Positions 1-14,103 of a stretch of DNA of 64,000 nt are shown piece after piece (the first letter of the stretch is position 1; each line of letters opens with the position of its first letter). This DNA is from Vezdaea acicularis (taxonomy: Eukaryota), in assembly GCA_026025075.1 (NCBI GenBank), contig JAPEUI010000006.1, positions 1 through 64,000 on the forward strand, read 5' to 3'. The notes beneath the pieces were generated by a model. It saw nothing but the letters and a program-made list of their open reading frames with translations, was not told where the DNA came from and searched no databases. Made by a program: the position numbers and the translations under genes.

Positions 1-788
1 CTCCTCCACCGCGTCCCAACGTCTTTTCCTCCCCGTTCCCCCTCCCCTTCCTCCTCCTGCTTCCTCCCCGCTCCTCCTCGTCATCCGGCATCCGTCCTGG
101 CTGTTCCTCCGCGATCGTGCAAGGATACGAACTGACATCTGCCATTGCGCGGCCCAATGCTCAAGCGAAGAGCGGGCCCCCTGGACGTGCACCGGCCCAC
201 GCACTCGTGAGCTCGGACAGCCTGGTGGTCGCACCGCGACAAGTAGCCTGCTCTCGCTTGCCCGCTGCTGCAGATCCACGGGGCGCCTATCAGCTGAGGG
301 CCCCGGACCTGTCCACCTCTGCCCACCGCGACCCCCCTCCGTCCGTCTCCGTCCGCCGCCGCCCACCTCTCTGGGCGGGCCCCCCCTGGTCGCGTCGTTC
401 CCCTTTCGGCCTCGTTGCGGCTGCGCGGCAGCCCTGGACGCTGTCGCTACGGTACGAGGGGACGCTCAGCGCGCGCAGGCGGTCGGCGACATGCTGGGGA
501 TCGTCATGAGAGCAACCTCCGGCCGACACGCTCTGCTCGACACAATCTCCTCGACACCTCCGCCGTCCGATACGCCCGTTAGCCTCATCGCCGCATCGTG
601 TCCGTGGACCGCTGTCGTTCTCCTCCATCGTCCCCAGATCACGCCTTAACGCTGGTTGTGACAAGGTCGTCCGGTATCACGCTCGCGCCCCGCTATTCGC
701 GTTTTGCTCTCTTGGCGGAATTCCCGAAGCGGACGCCTCGTCCCCACGGTAATCCCCCGGACGCTCGGCATTTGTATCGAATCTGCCG

Positions 789-812
789 TGACTGACTGAC
801 TGACTGACTGAC
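789..812. repeat. (TGAC)6 microsatellite upstream of the DUF1765 gene
   Basis: Six perfect TGAC units read directly from the sequence. Confidence 0.9.
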
Positions 813-970
813 AGATTGACAGCTCCACCGACTCGCACCCATCCGGTCAAGACAACAAGAGCAATACCTTGCTCTCGATACGGCCAGCTCATGTAGTCTC
901 GACACTGCTACTCCTCAATCGAGTCGGGCTCAATACGCCCTAGGTCCCTTATACGCTGATCGACGCCGCG

Positions 971-3900
971 ATGGCGCCGAGTGCTCTGTTCACCACTTCG
1001 ACGCCGCTTCTGCCTCACTTTTCCGAAACTCCATTCCGTGTCGACGACGATGAGTGGGGATTGCAGCGCGATGGCCCTATTCCTCGCTCCGCCAGCCATA
1101 CATACCTCCCAGAGGTTACCGATTCCGCGGCCAACAAAGAGACCTTACAGCGTCCGTCGCTGCCTCGCGGCTCCTCTGAACGACAATCGCAAGGGAGCTT
1201 CGGTGAGCAAGAGAGGCAACAGCCGACCGAGTTCGCTCCCTACGAGGATGCTCGTTCGAGATTCGCGGCGAACGCCGATAAGCGTCGATTCTTTGGCCTG
1301 ACCGACAACAAGTCTGCCGTCTCCCGCGTGATACCCGTATCAGCGGCGGAGGCCGAGAACGATGCGGTAGGGCCGATGGTCTCTGGAATTAAACAGAGGC
1401 CCGGTCAGACGGTGGAGAGGAGGCGGACGCAATCCGAAAAGATCAAAAACTTCGCCCGCAGATCGTGGACCTCGTCGCGATCCTCGTCTCCCAGCAGTAC
1501 CGAGAAGGATGCTGGAAAGGACGGAGCGAAACAGCAGCAAGATCGAGAGGCGTGGCCACTACCCGTGCCAGCAGCGACGCCGAATGGTGATCATGCTAAT
1601 GGATCGGCCCGGTTTGCTGAGGAGACGGTCAACGGCCATCAAAACGCCAATCCGGGAAAAGAGCGGAGCAGACCAACCGCAAGATTGAGAAAGAGGACTA
1701 GTTCTCCCAAGAAGCTTTCTCCACCAGAATACGGGCAGTCACCATCAAGTTCAGTCCCGAGACTCCCAAACGGTGTGCAATCCTCGGGCTACCCTACACC
1801 TTCACCACTTCAGATATCGAGGTCGCTTTCCTCAAAGGCCTCTGGTCTTTCGCTGAATAGTGGACCATCACTCAAGCCAGATGCGCTCGCGAAATTGTTT
1901 CGCACGCTTGACGTTGAATTCCAGCAGTACGTCGAGGATCTCTGTGTCCCCGTGCCCGCATGTGTACTCACGATGTCCTAGGTTCGAGATTAAGAATGCT
2001 GTCTTCAAGGCAAACAATGTCCGAACGATCCTCCTTCCCTTCCTTCGAGACTATGCCCATCATCCATCGAACAAGATCCTGAGAGCTGAAGATCTCGAGA
2101 AAAGGATCGGGGTGCTGAATAGGTGGTGGATGGGTCTTTTGGATATGCTGAGCAACCCGACGGAACGGGCAATATCATGGACAGATCGACACTCGTTCAT
2201 CGAAGGAATCTCGGGCATCATGGCTCGACCAGAGTGGCGGACGGCGCCTTCGGAATTCTCTCCCTTGGCCGATCGATATCCTCGTAATGTCTACAGAGCC
2301 GGAACTTTCACCTCGCTCGACTCGCCAACAGATTTCATATCAGAGTCCGTCCATCACAATATCCGGAACATATTCGTCAGCAATCTCCTCGCGCAGATGT
2401 CGTTCGTGGTCAACGCGATGTCGCAGAGATCAGCCCCGCCGAGTCTGGTCGCCCTTTGCGGAAAGACCGCCGCGTACGCATTTTTCTTTTGCCCCGGCGT
2501 GGCGAACATCCTCGTACGCTTGTGGAAAACGCCACCGGGCGTGCTACGAAGGGTTCTTGACGAGTTTGGTATATCCAACGAATCGGACTTTAATGGAAAA
2601 CACGAGGATATCGTGTACGGCTTTCCCAAATCCTTACATCCCCTAAGGTTTGTGTCATTCGATGGCAGCGTGAAAAGCATCTGGAAACCCAAGAAGGGGG
2701 GTGTGCCATTGGGTACTGAACGGATAGACTGGAATGGGAAATGGACGAAAAGATGGTCTGGCCGCGATACCGATCTATTTTTCATCTTCTGCAAATATTT
2801 CTACAGCCTTTTCGCCGAATTCTTACCGCCTGGATCTAGGAGTAGCGAGCACATATGTGCTCCCGGGTTCCTCTATGTAAATGCCCAACTTTTGACAATC
2901 ATCGATTCAACCATCCACCGGCACAATGAGATATTAAAGATTGACGCGCTCCACGGTCCATCATCAATCACATTTGATGACGTGTTGGAGGGACCGGATG
3001 TCACGGCTATCGCAGCACTTTCTCTTCCCATTGCAGAACTAGAGAGACCGATGGCTGAGAACCGGCTTATAATGCTTCTTCGGGAATTTCTCTCGGACAG
3101 CAACCCAAAGCAGGAGAGCAGCCAGCAGATCTTTGCCAATGCTATAGGGGGCATACTTCGAGCTGCGGCGAAGAAGACCTCGCTCTACGATCAGGCGGCG
3201 TGCTTCACCCTCTGCGAACTTCTAGAGGAAGCTCTCCAAATCCTGATGGCGTACCAGGATGAAAGCGGATCCAAGCGCGACTACGTCGACTGGCCCTTCT
3301 GGCAATTGGTCTGCCAGCGGATGCTCGACAGCGAGAACAGCATCACGGAAATCCGCATGTTCTCGTTCCTCTACACCATGTGGAACACGATAGCCAACGA
3401 TCCGGCACGCAAGTCAAAGCTGTGTCTGGGCTGGCTGCTGACCGAAACGGCGTTCGAGAGGCACTTTGCTCATTGGTGCCCCATGGTCCGCGCATATTTT
3501 ATGCGATTGATCTGCTGGCGCGTCGCGCACTACACCGGCGAGGCGTCAGAAGTAGACGTGTACGTCACCCCTAGTCTTTTTCTCAGTACATCCAAGCTAA
3601 CAGCGATCTGCAGGAAAATCCTCTACGCAACCTCCACGCGCCTCAAAGCGATCTGGTACAAATTCTGTTTCCTCTCGGAAGAAGCGTGGGAAGACGGCCA
3701 CTCGGCCCCGACCACCACCCCTTCCTGCCCCGCCCCAGGCCGCCGCTTCGCCATCGTCAGCAACCCCAAACCCCCACCTCTCCCCTCCGTCTTCCTGACC
3801 CTCGACCCCATCGCCCACGCCAATTCCGACCCCGCCCCCACCCCCCTCAAACAAGACACCCCGACCTTCAAAGGCTGGAAGGCCCTCCGCAGCATCATCG

Positions 3901-4373
3901 GCATCACGTCCGAACTCCCCCCCAACCCCAACGCCACCAGCAGCAGCAATTCCACCAACTCCACCATCACTACCACCACCACCAACTCCACCAACTCCAA
4001 CACCCCCTCCTCCTCCCCCCACACCCGCTCCTCAACGCGCCATCCCCCGCCGCCCCCCCTCTACAAATTCTCCCTCTCCCCGCTGCCCCACCCCACCTCC
4101 CAACGCCCCAAATCCCTCAACCCCCCCCGCCTCCCCGACCCCGCCGCCCGCTTCCTCCACGCCAAAATGTCCCACGTCTTCGACATCGCCCCGCGCATCG
4201 CCCCCCACGAACTCACCCAGCCCATGAAGTATTCCGGTCGCGCCCTCGCCGAGTGGGCCATCGTCCTTACCGAGGCGGCGACTTTTTGGGCGAAGCGCAG
4301 GCAGGAGGGTGATGAGTCTGGGGAGGAGGTGCCTGGGCTCGGGGTCGAGTCGTTTAGGCGGTTGGGTGGGTGA
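971..4373 (+). CDS. DUF1765-family fungal protein; introns 1927-1981 and probably 3560-3613
   Basis: ORFs 971..1981 and 1860..4373 join through a GTACGT...CCTAG intron, giving EFQQ|FEIKNAVFKANNVRTILLPFL. Motifs AYAFFFCPGVA, W.GRD.DLFFIF, HWCPMVRAYFMRLICWRV and C-terminal YSGRALAEW...VPGLGVE match my recollection of DUF1765. The start codon is uncertain. Confidence 0.8.
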
Positions 4374-4843
4374 GCGAGAGGGGGAAAGGGGGAAAGAGGG
4401 GATGGGGATGTGTGATGCGGGGTGTAGAGCTGTCTTGGGAGGGTCGGCGGGTTTGTTGCTCTTCGGTGGAGAGAGTGGGTTTCAAGACGAGGTTTTGGGG
4501 AAAGTGCTGGGCAGGTCTACATATGTGAAGGAAACGGCGGGGGAAATGTGTAGGCTACATGGTATATACACAAAACACACTTTACGAGAGAGAGAGGACA
4601 TATGAACATTTTCTACCACAATAGCACACTAACCCCCTCCACTATATTCCGTTCTGCGGTCCTGCCCTAGCCCAGCGCGTCTTGGTAGATTGACGAGCTA
4701 TTTGTTTCTCTCTCCCTCTTGCTCGCGTAGAAATACAAATCCCACATCCCCTCCCATCCCCTCTCCCCCCCCCTAAATTCCCACGCGATGAACAAACTCC
4801 CCTCCATTTCCCCCTACATCCCTCCCTTGCCCAGCCTGGGAGG

Positions 4844-5779
4844 CTAGTACATAGCTTCCCCAACCCCAGCATCCTGCGCTGTACTACCCGCGTACACATC
4901 TACATCTGCATCTGCATACACATCCCTATCCACGAGCCTTTCGGTGCGGGCCGAGGAAGGGGGACTACTGGGGAGGTAAGCGAGGGGGCGGGAGGTGCGG
5001 GTTGGTGTTGTTGGGGTTTGTGGTTGTTGGAGAGCGGGGCGGGTGAGGTTGGGGAGGGGTGTAGTATCGTCGTCGTCGTCAACATCATATTGATGTTCTG
5101 CGGCTTTTGCGGCGGCTTGGGGGAAGTGGGTGGAGAGGGCGGAAGAAGGGGTTGTGAGGGGGGCGAGGGCGAGTTCGCGGAAGGACTTTGAGGTTTGTTC
5201 GGTGCGGATTTTGTAGATTGCTAACTGTAGGCCGAGACGGAGTTTTGAGGCATGCTGTGAGGAGGGAAGAGAGGGAGGGTTAGAGGATAGAATCTAGAGG
5301 GTTGAGAGGGGGAAAGGGGGGAAGAGGGGACGTACTTCGCGAGGAGAGGGCTGGGAGGAGGGCGGGGAGGGGAGGGTTTGTGCTGCTGAGCGGGTGAGCT
5401 GGGTTGGTGATGGGATTGCTGTTGTCACGGGTGGCTTCTCCGGCGGGTTTGAAGTAGAGCCTGGTTGTTCGATATGAGGTGGGGTCGTGCTGTCGTCTAA
5501 GCCCGGCGTTGGTGGTGAGGAGCGCGCTTTCTTGGCGTCTAGTACAGCTCGAGAACTTTCCCACGACTCAACTTTACGCTTTTTGTTCGGAGACGGGAAT
5601 ATTTGTGCGGTATTCGCGTCTGGGCTCTGGGTGAGAGGGGCTGGTTTGGCTGCTGCCGTTACTACTGCTACTCCCTTGCTCGACACCAGCTGAGAGGCGG
5701 GTTTGGAGGGCGTGCGCGAGGTGTTGACGCCCAGTTCGCCGAGGGCGCGTCGAGTTGGGTTTAAAGGCGTGGTAGACAT
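4844..5779 (-). CDS. Whi5/Nrm1-like G1/S transcriptional repressor (~284 aa), intron 5255-5335
   Basis: Exon 1 (5779-5336, MSTTPLNPTRRALGEL...) splices via GTACGT...CACAG to exon 2, which reads HASKLRLGLQLAIYKIRTEQ, a Whi5-type GTB motif. The protein has many S/T-P sites and an N-terminal RxxL D-box-like motif. Stop TAG at 4846-4844. Confidence 0.7.
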
Positions 5780-6297
5780 CAGGGCTTGTGGATGGGGGGT
5801 TCGTCTCGTCGTTGAGGAGGAGGTGGAGGAGGCAATTGGTCGCGCGTTGACGAGGCTAGGTAGCTCTCTAGAGCTCAGAAACCGCACGTGCTTTGTTGCT
5901 GTCACAGCCCAAGATGAGAACGACTGTGGGCTTGATAAAGAGGTTGTGTATATTCAGGAGCGAGCGTGATCTCTTCTAGGAGCTTGCAGGGCAAATCGAG
6001 GGCAGAGCGTGGTGATAACGAGAGTGGAGTGCCGTCGCGTTATGGTGCGGAGCGTGCGTCGCGAGAGCTTCGATATTTATTGACGGCAGCGCGGCATCTT
6101 CCGGGCTCCTCGGCCCCGCGGTTTCGTTTCCCCGACCCCTGTCCTCTGGGGCCGGCACCGAAATATCTCTAGGCTCGAAATTCTGCTGGGAGGTATTCTT
6201 GTATGATTGCAAGCCGGTAGTTGTCTCTCTTCCTTCTTCGTTATAAGGTCTCAGGGAGTCTGCGTGGGTGTGTTCTGAATCTCAATCGCTTGACGTC

Positions 6298-7232
6298 ATG
6301 GCAGAGGATGCGCCAATGATCAAGATTCTAATGCTTCATGGTAACCCTCTTTTCTCTCAACCCCGTCCCTCCATGCCTCATTTAACATTACCTTTCCAGG
6401 CTTCACGCAGTCTGGGACCCTCTTTCATTCCAAATCTCGCGCATTGGAGAAGCACCTTCAACGCAGCCTTTCACCTCTTGTTGGCGGTCGGCAATCGTCT
6501 GTGAAGCTGGTGTATCCAACTGCGCCTACTCGCGTCAGCTCTTCGGATATCCCTGGATATGTCCAACCCACTACATCGCCTGATGAGCCAGAGCAGACCG
6601 ACTGCTGGGCCTGGTGGCGGATGGACCTTACCACCATGACATATACAAACATGGAAGAAGGTCTCGAGCTTGTGGCCAAGACTATGGAAGCGGAAGGACC
6701 ATTCTCGGGAGTCGTTGGTTTCTCTCAGGGCGCGGCGCTTGCTGCAATGGTCTCTTCTTTGCTCGAAGTCGGAAGAGCGGAAATTTTCGGTGCCGGCTCT
6801 GCTAGTGGCGGCATGTCATATCCTGAGAGCTTCAAGACGCTGGCGCATCCACCCTTAAAGTTCTGCATCTCATACTCAGGGTTCAAGGCCCCGCATAGCT
6901 TGTATGCTGCTTTCTACGAACCACCGATAGAGACACCGATCCTACACTTTATTGGATCTTTAGACACGGTCGTCGATGAAAGCAGATCTACGGCCCTAGT
7001 AGAGTGCTGCAAGGGATTGAGCAATAGGGCTAATGGCGCAAACGATGAGTCGGAGAATTCACTAAGGCAGGAAAGAGTGATATACCATCCTGGTGGTCAT
7101 TTCCTGCCCAGTCAGAAGCCATTGTTGAATGTTGTATCCAATTTCATCTCCGAAACGTTGCAAAGCACTAAGCCTAAGGCCTCCATAGACGAAACGGAGG
7201 ACGATGTAACAGCTATGGACGTTCCCTTCTAA
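6298..7232 (+). CDS. FSH1/OVCA2-family serine hydrolase, intron 6341-6399
   Basis: Spliced N-terminus KILMLHG|FTQSG, nucleophile motif GFSQG, LHFIGSLDTVV and HPGGHFLP. Confidence 0.92.
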
Positions 7233-7399
7233 GCTCTACTAGGCATGTGGGACGCTACAACACATGCGGTTCACTCGCCTCGAAGCAGCGAACAATCGTG
7301 AGCGAGACCAGCAGGTCTAGAACGGGTATTCTCAGGCTTGCAGACTCATCATATGTACAATTACTATCGTTACATCTCTATCTGAAGCAAGGCTGAGTT

Positions 7400-9539
7400 T
7401 CAAAAAGTCGGCATCTCCCCTCCGTCTAGATACCAGTTCCAGTTCTGATCAAGCTCAAGGTCCAGATCCATATCCGCATTCACCATACCCCTCCAGTCTA
7501 CGTCTATCTGCGGAAGCCCAAATTCGCCTTCGAGAATAGGGGAAATAGACTCTTCCGGATTCACAGAGCTGTCTGAGCCGGTTCGCACCTCAGAGTTCAA
7601 TGCCTCTGGAGCAGAATACAGTACACCGGGAGACACCGAGATGGTACCCACATAGGGAACAACAACCTTCCCATTCCAGCTCGCCGCATTGGTTCGTGTT
7701 TGGTTGCCGTGGCTAGCAGCGCCTAGAGTTTCTAAAACCTGTATAGCTTGGCGAGCTACCCTACAGCTGTCTCCAACTTGATCTGCCACTGTCTCACGCA
7801 ATATCTCCACCGTCCTGTCAACAAGGCGCCAATCTTCGGCTTCTTGTTCTGCGTCACGCGACGAGGATTGCTGGCCGTAACCTAGCAAGCCCAGGAGAAG
7901 CAGAACTGACGCGGTGAATCCCTGGAAGTCGAGTATGCGGCACAGGAAGAAGAAATCGCCTACATCGACCTTCATAACGTGGTATAGCCGTACCAGATCC
8001 CGAGTCGCTTCAAGGCATGCAATCCGGCTGTATTCATACCGAGGATTACCACCAGATTGAAGCATGAACGGTAGATGAAGGAAAGACTTAATTTGGTGAT
8101 GCCAGAATTGCACCAGTATGCGCTCGAAACATTCTCTCCTGGAGATCGCTCCCGTTGCTCGCAAGGGTAGTATATTACACCAACCGTCGGGTAGAGTGCT
8201 ATTTAGATCGTGCAAAGCTTGTTCAATCTCTAGAGTTCTGGGAAACGACGGGCTTCCTGACTTTTGATTTCGATCAACAACCTGGCCTGCAATGATGGCT
8301 AGCTTTCGCCGGTAAACCGCGGTAGGTGAAGGGTGAATCTCCGTCTGACCCTCTGGCAGGTGGTCATGCTGATTCTCAGACACAGCATAAGGCAAACCTA
8401 AGAGAAGGCTCAAGTATCGATCTAACTCGAACAGGGACCACCAGATTGTTTGACGCCGGGTCATGGAAACCCAGGGGCTGTTACTCGTAAGACACTTGCG
8501 GTGCAAGCTCAAGAGCTGGGCAAATGAAATAGCTCGGTGGAAGAGGAGCCACGCTTTTCGAGGTTGACCGAGGGCAATGTACATTTTCGCTCGTAGCATG
8601 AGCAACTCTATACCTTCGAATGAGCAAACGTATTCATTGTCGGATATAACTATCCGGTCAATATACGTCAAATAATGCTCCACCAGATCTGTCAAGGGTA
8701 GCGGCAGATTTAATGAATCGCCTATATCGCTCGGACGAACCTGTTGTAATGACATCGTAAGGCACAAAAGGGCAAGAGCCACGATCACTGGATTTTCTTG
8801 GTCTATGCCCCAAGACACAAAAGGCAACGGGCTGTCTGTGTCATTCATTTCAAACATTTCTGGCAATAGGCGCTGCCAAGTTAGCCACCATGGTCCGCAA
8901 GATCCCATGATGGTTTCGATGTCTTTCTTGCTTGGGCAAAGGGACAGCAATGCTTCACGGACCTCCTTTTGCTTCGTCCTAGTCCTCTCTTTGGTCTTGT
9001 CGAGGATAGCTGGTCTGGGAGGATCATCGAGAGTCCCGTTCAGGTTCTGGTCCGGTGTGTGACTCAGGACGGCATTATTAAAGAGAGACAGCAAGGGGGC
9101 ATTCTCATGATGCTCAAGGGGTGACTCCGGTGAATCCGGTGTAGGAGGCAAGGCTCGCAAGCTGCTCAAGACCTCTGCCGCTCCTTTTTCACTATCTCCG
9201 GTTATTTTGACGGTCTCTTTCTTTTCTAGCAGCAGGGACTCCACCAGGTTCTCTAGCTGCGCTACTCTGTGGCGCAAGTTCTGTCCCTGATCTGAAGCTA
9301 TTGGGTGTGGATTGCTTTGGTCTCGGCAACGAACACCTCGAGCGATACAACTTGTGCACACTAAAGAGTTCTCTGGTTGGAATATGCAGCGAGCTTTACG
9401 ACGTCTGCCTGTTTGGACGTCAGCGAGGGAGACTCTGCACGAAAATAGCACCCTCCATACATTCTATACAGCTACGCGTGCCTTTCCGTAGCTTTTTGCG
9501 AGGTGCAGCTTCTGGTACTGCACGTGATGGCATCGACAT
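7400..9539 (-). CDS. Zn(II)2Cys6 transcription factor with fungal-specific TF middle domain, intron 9409-9460
   Basis: Splicing gives KLRKGTRSCIEC|RRRKARC...CTSCIARGVRC, a complete six-Cys binuclear cluster. The middle homology region reads RRQTIWWSLFELDRYLSLLLGLP. Confidence 0.92.
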
Positions 9540-9702
9540 GATCGTTGGCTTTATGATTACCAACCTCAATTCAGCGGCGTCTTAGTACTGTACACAAAGC
9601 AGATCCGTGGCAAATGTCCCCAAGAGTTGGGGAAATGAATCGATACCGTATTTGTTAGCATACTGGGTTTCGGGACGCATTTGTTCTTTCGATGGCCGAC
9701 AT

Positions 9703-9718
9703 GTCCGAAAAGTCGGAC
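9703..9718. promoter_or_regulatory. Perfect inverted repeat GTCCGA-AAAG-TCGGAC (CCG-N6-CGG), candidate Zn2Cys6 site
   Basis: Lies in the divergent promoter between the TF and the NmrA-like gene. Paired CGG triplets are the typical binding unit of this TF class. Confidence 0.35.
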
Positions 9719-9961
9719 GAACTCTGTCAAGCGAGACCTTTGCTCACCAGATTTCAACCAATCAACACGAGCGATACCGACTACAGCCCAGGCAAGCCCT
9801 TGAACAATGACGCACCATTCTCCCAAAAGCGCCCCTGCCAAATCTGCTTCCTACCAATCAGGTTAGGTTCGGGATCGGGATCAAAATGTCCGATGTTTGC
9901 AAACCTGGGCGATCCATGATGCTTTCTAATCATGACAACCCCATCCCTTGCTTCAATGCCT

Positions 9962-9967
9962 TATAAA
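9962..9967 (+). promoter_or_regulatory. TATA box (TATAAA) of the NmrA-like gene
   Basis: Canonical TATAAA about 95 nt upstream of ATG 10060. Confidence 0.5.
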
Positions 9968-10059
9968 GAGGCATTGGGCAATTTGAGTCTCTTTAACATC
10001 AATCCTCTTTGAATCTCAATTGTATTCCGCAGAAGCTAATAGCATATTACACTCGTAAA

Positions 10060-10968
10060 ATGGCTTCTCTAAGGTCTATCCTCATCACTGGCGCGACTGG
10101 CAAGCAAGGAGGGGCAGTCATAGCTGCACTCCTCTCACAACCCAAACCTACCTTCAAAATCCTCGCCCTAACCCGGAACACCACCTCAGCCAGCGCGAAA
10201 GCCCTCGCGGCCAAGCCCAACGTCTCCGTCATTGAAGGTAACCTCGATGATTGCTCTGCCATCTTCGCAAAAACCGGCAAAGTCTGGGGCGTATTCAGCG
10301 TTCAAGTACCCCTTGGTGGGGGCCAAACGCCCAAAACCGAAGAAGCGCAAGGCAAAGCGCTCGTCGATGCCGCCGTAGCCAATGGCGTCGAGAACTTCGT
10401 CTACACCAGCGTCGACCGTGGTGGGCCCGAAAAGTCTGAAGTAAACGCTACCTACATCCCGCATTTCATATCAAAGTACAACGTCGAGAAGCACCTTGTC
10501 GAGAAGGCCAGTACCAGCCCGCAGAAGATGTCCTATACGATCCTGCGACCTACGGCCTTCTTTGACAACTTGACATTTGACTTCATGGGCAAGGCTTTCG
10601 GTGCAATGTGGGCGACTATGGGTGACAAGAAGCTGCAGTTCATCTCAACGAAGGACATAGGCTGGTTCGCTGCTCAGGCCTTCTTGAAGCCCGACGAGTA
10701 CCATAACAAGGCTATAAGTCTAGCGGGCGATGAGATCAACAACGCAGAAGCAGCGGAGAAGTTCAAGAAAGTTACTGGCAAGGATATGCCGGTCACATAT
10801 ACATTCATCGGCCGTGCGATTAGGTGGGCCGTGGGGGACATGAATGCAATGCTCAAGTGGTTCGAGGAGGAGGGCTATGGTGCGGATATTCCAGCATTGA
10901 AAAGGCTGCATCCGAAACTACAAAACTTCGAGGAATGGCTCACGGAGTCGAGCAGTTCCTCAAAGTAA
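10060..10968 (+). CDS. NmrA-like NAD(P)-binding protein (atypical SDR)
   Basis: ILITGATGKQGGAVI Rossmann motif, FVYTSV, HFISKYNVE, TILRPTAFFDN and DIGWFAA. Intronless; ATG in AAAATGG context. Confidence 0.93.
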   Translation: MASLRSILITGATGKQGGAVIAALLSQPKPTFKILALTRNTTSASAKALAAKPNVSVIEGNLDDCSAIFAKTGKVWGVFSVQVPLGGGQTPKTEEAQGKALVDAAVANGVENFVYTSVDRGGPEKSEVNATYIPHFISKYNVEKHLVEKASTSPQKMSYTILRPTAFFDNLTFDFMGKAFGAMWATMGDKKLQFISTKDIGWFAAQAFLKPDEYHNKAISLAGDEINNAEAAEKFKKVTGKDMPVTYTFIGRAIRWAVGDMNAMLKWFEEEGYGADIPALKRLHPKLQNFEEWLTESSSSSK

Positions 10969-11179
10969 TGCTTGATGTTATGTTATAGAATGCCTTTGTT
11001 AGCAGCTACATGCCGTGTTCGAGTACTTCATAATTTATTTCAGTTCGTTGAAGCGTTTTGAAAGACCGATATCTGACCACTATCCCAGAAGCAATTTTGC
11101 ACCCTCGTCTAAGATCCATTGTACCCTATTCACATTTGTTCCTGACTAGCCCCGTGCCAAGACTTCAAGTGCTACTCCC

Positions 11180-12961
<1,782 letters not shown>

Positions 12962-13475
12962 TCTGCACTTTCAAAACGCGTGGTGCGAGTAATCTTTTGT
13001 TTTAAGATCGCTCAACACGTTCATGAATTAAGTAAGAGTCGCAATATACGCATTGAGGTGGGCCTCAGATTTGAAGGCTGAAGATTTAGCAGAGTGATAT
13101 AGAACGAGTAGTGGGGCATTTCGGTAAACCCCACTAGACAAACCTGGCGTCACTGCAGAAAGTCAATATTTCGCTAAGACAGGGGTGAAACCATGGGTAG
13201 AATCCAATCCAGTCTTGCCCGTTCTCTGACCGTTGCTATGATTGGTCTTCAATTCTGTTTCTCGCCGCCGGCAGAATGCGACGATGATAAGACTGCCTCT
13301 TTCCGTATAGATTTGTGCATTATCTAGCTCATCTGCCGATTGATTGGCCAAATCTCTTTCGCGCTCTTAACAGCAAGGCGTACGAATGTTCTGCTGCAGA
13401 TTCGGTGATACATATGCGGGATGGCTCACATATTGGTTTCGATATCCTAACAAGCCCAAGCAGGACTTCAATTTA

Positions 13476-14103
13476 TCATGTCTCGAAAAAGTTCTCTTTG
13501 TAAAACTTGGCTTCGGCGATGCTCTCAAGAATGTCCTCTTTTGCTTCATGCAAAACCTTCTTCCTGGGCACCTGCTGCAGGATATGATTCGGAGCCCATC
13601 TTCGTGCTGCTTCCTTCATCGAGCTGACATCAAAAAGTCTGTAGTGGAGGTGCATCAACACTTGGTCATATGGCGCCTTCGCCAAGAAAGATCGATCCGC
13701 ATGTATGCTGTTTCCAGCTAGGAGGGCTTTTCGAGGCTCTGGAACGATTTGCTTGATGTACTCGAGTAGGCCTGAAGCTGCCTGCTCGGGCGTCATCGAA
13801 GATGCGAGGACAGCAGCAGTGAGGCCGGTAGAGGCATGCATCTTGGTGCACCACTCATCCATCGCATCCATTGTTTCTTTGGGATGACCGATGATTGCCC
13901 CCCACCCTCCCGTTTCTATGAAGTTGAGCTGGTAATCTGTAACGAAGCATGATATCTGTAGAATCGAATTCTTCGAGGGGTCCAGACCGCTCATCTAGCG
14001 CCAAGAAGCCTATGGTGAGTGTAGTACACAATCGCAGATATCAAACCTATCGTACCTCGCAGTCTATCCATACTAGAGGGTCCTTTGAGCGGTTCACAGC
14101 CAT
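13476..14103 (-). CDS. REX2: Oligoribonuclease (Orn/REX2, DEDDh exonuclease), one intron
   Basis: MAVNRSKDPLVWIDCE|MSGLD, MDEWCTKMH, LAGNSIHADRSFL, LHYRLFDVSS and HEAKEDILESIAE. Confidence 0.93.

Noticed and set aside
81..905. Several short overlapping ORFs at the window start
   Set aside because: GC-rich, low-complexity leader or promoter sequence with non-ATG starts and no recognisable domains.
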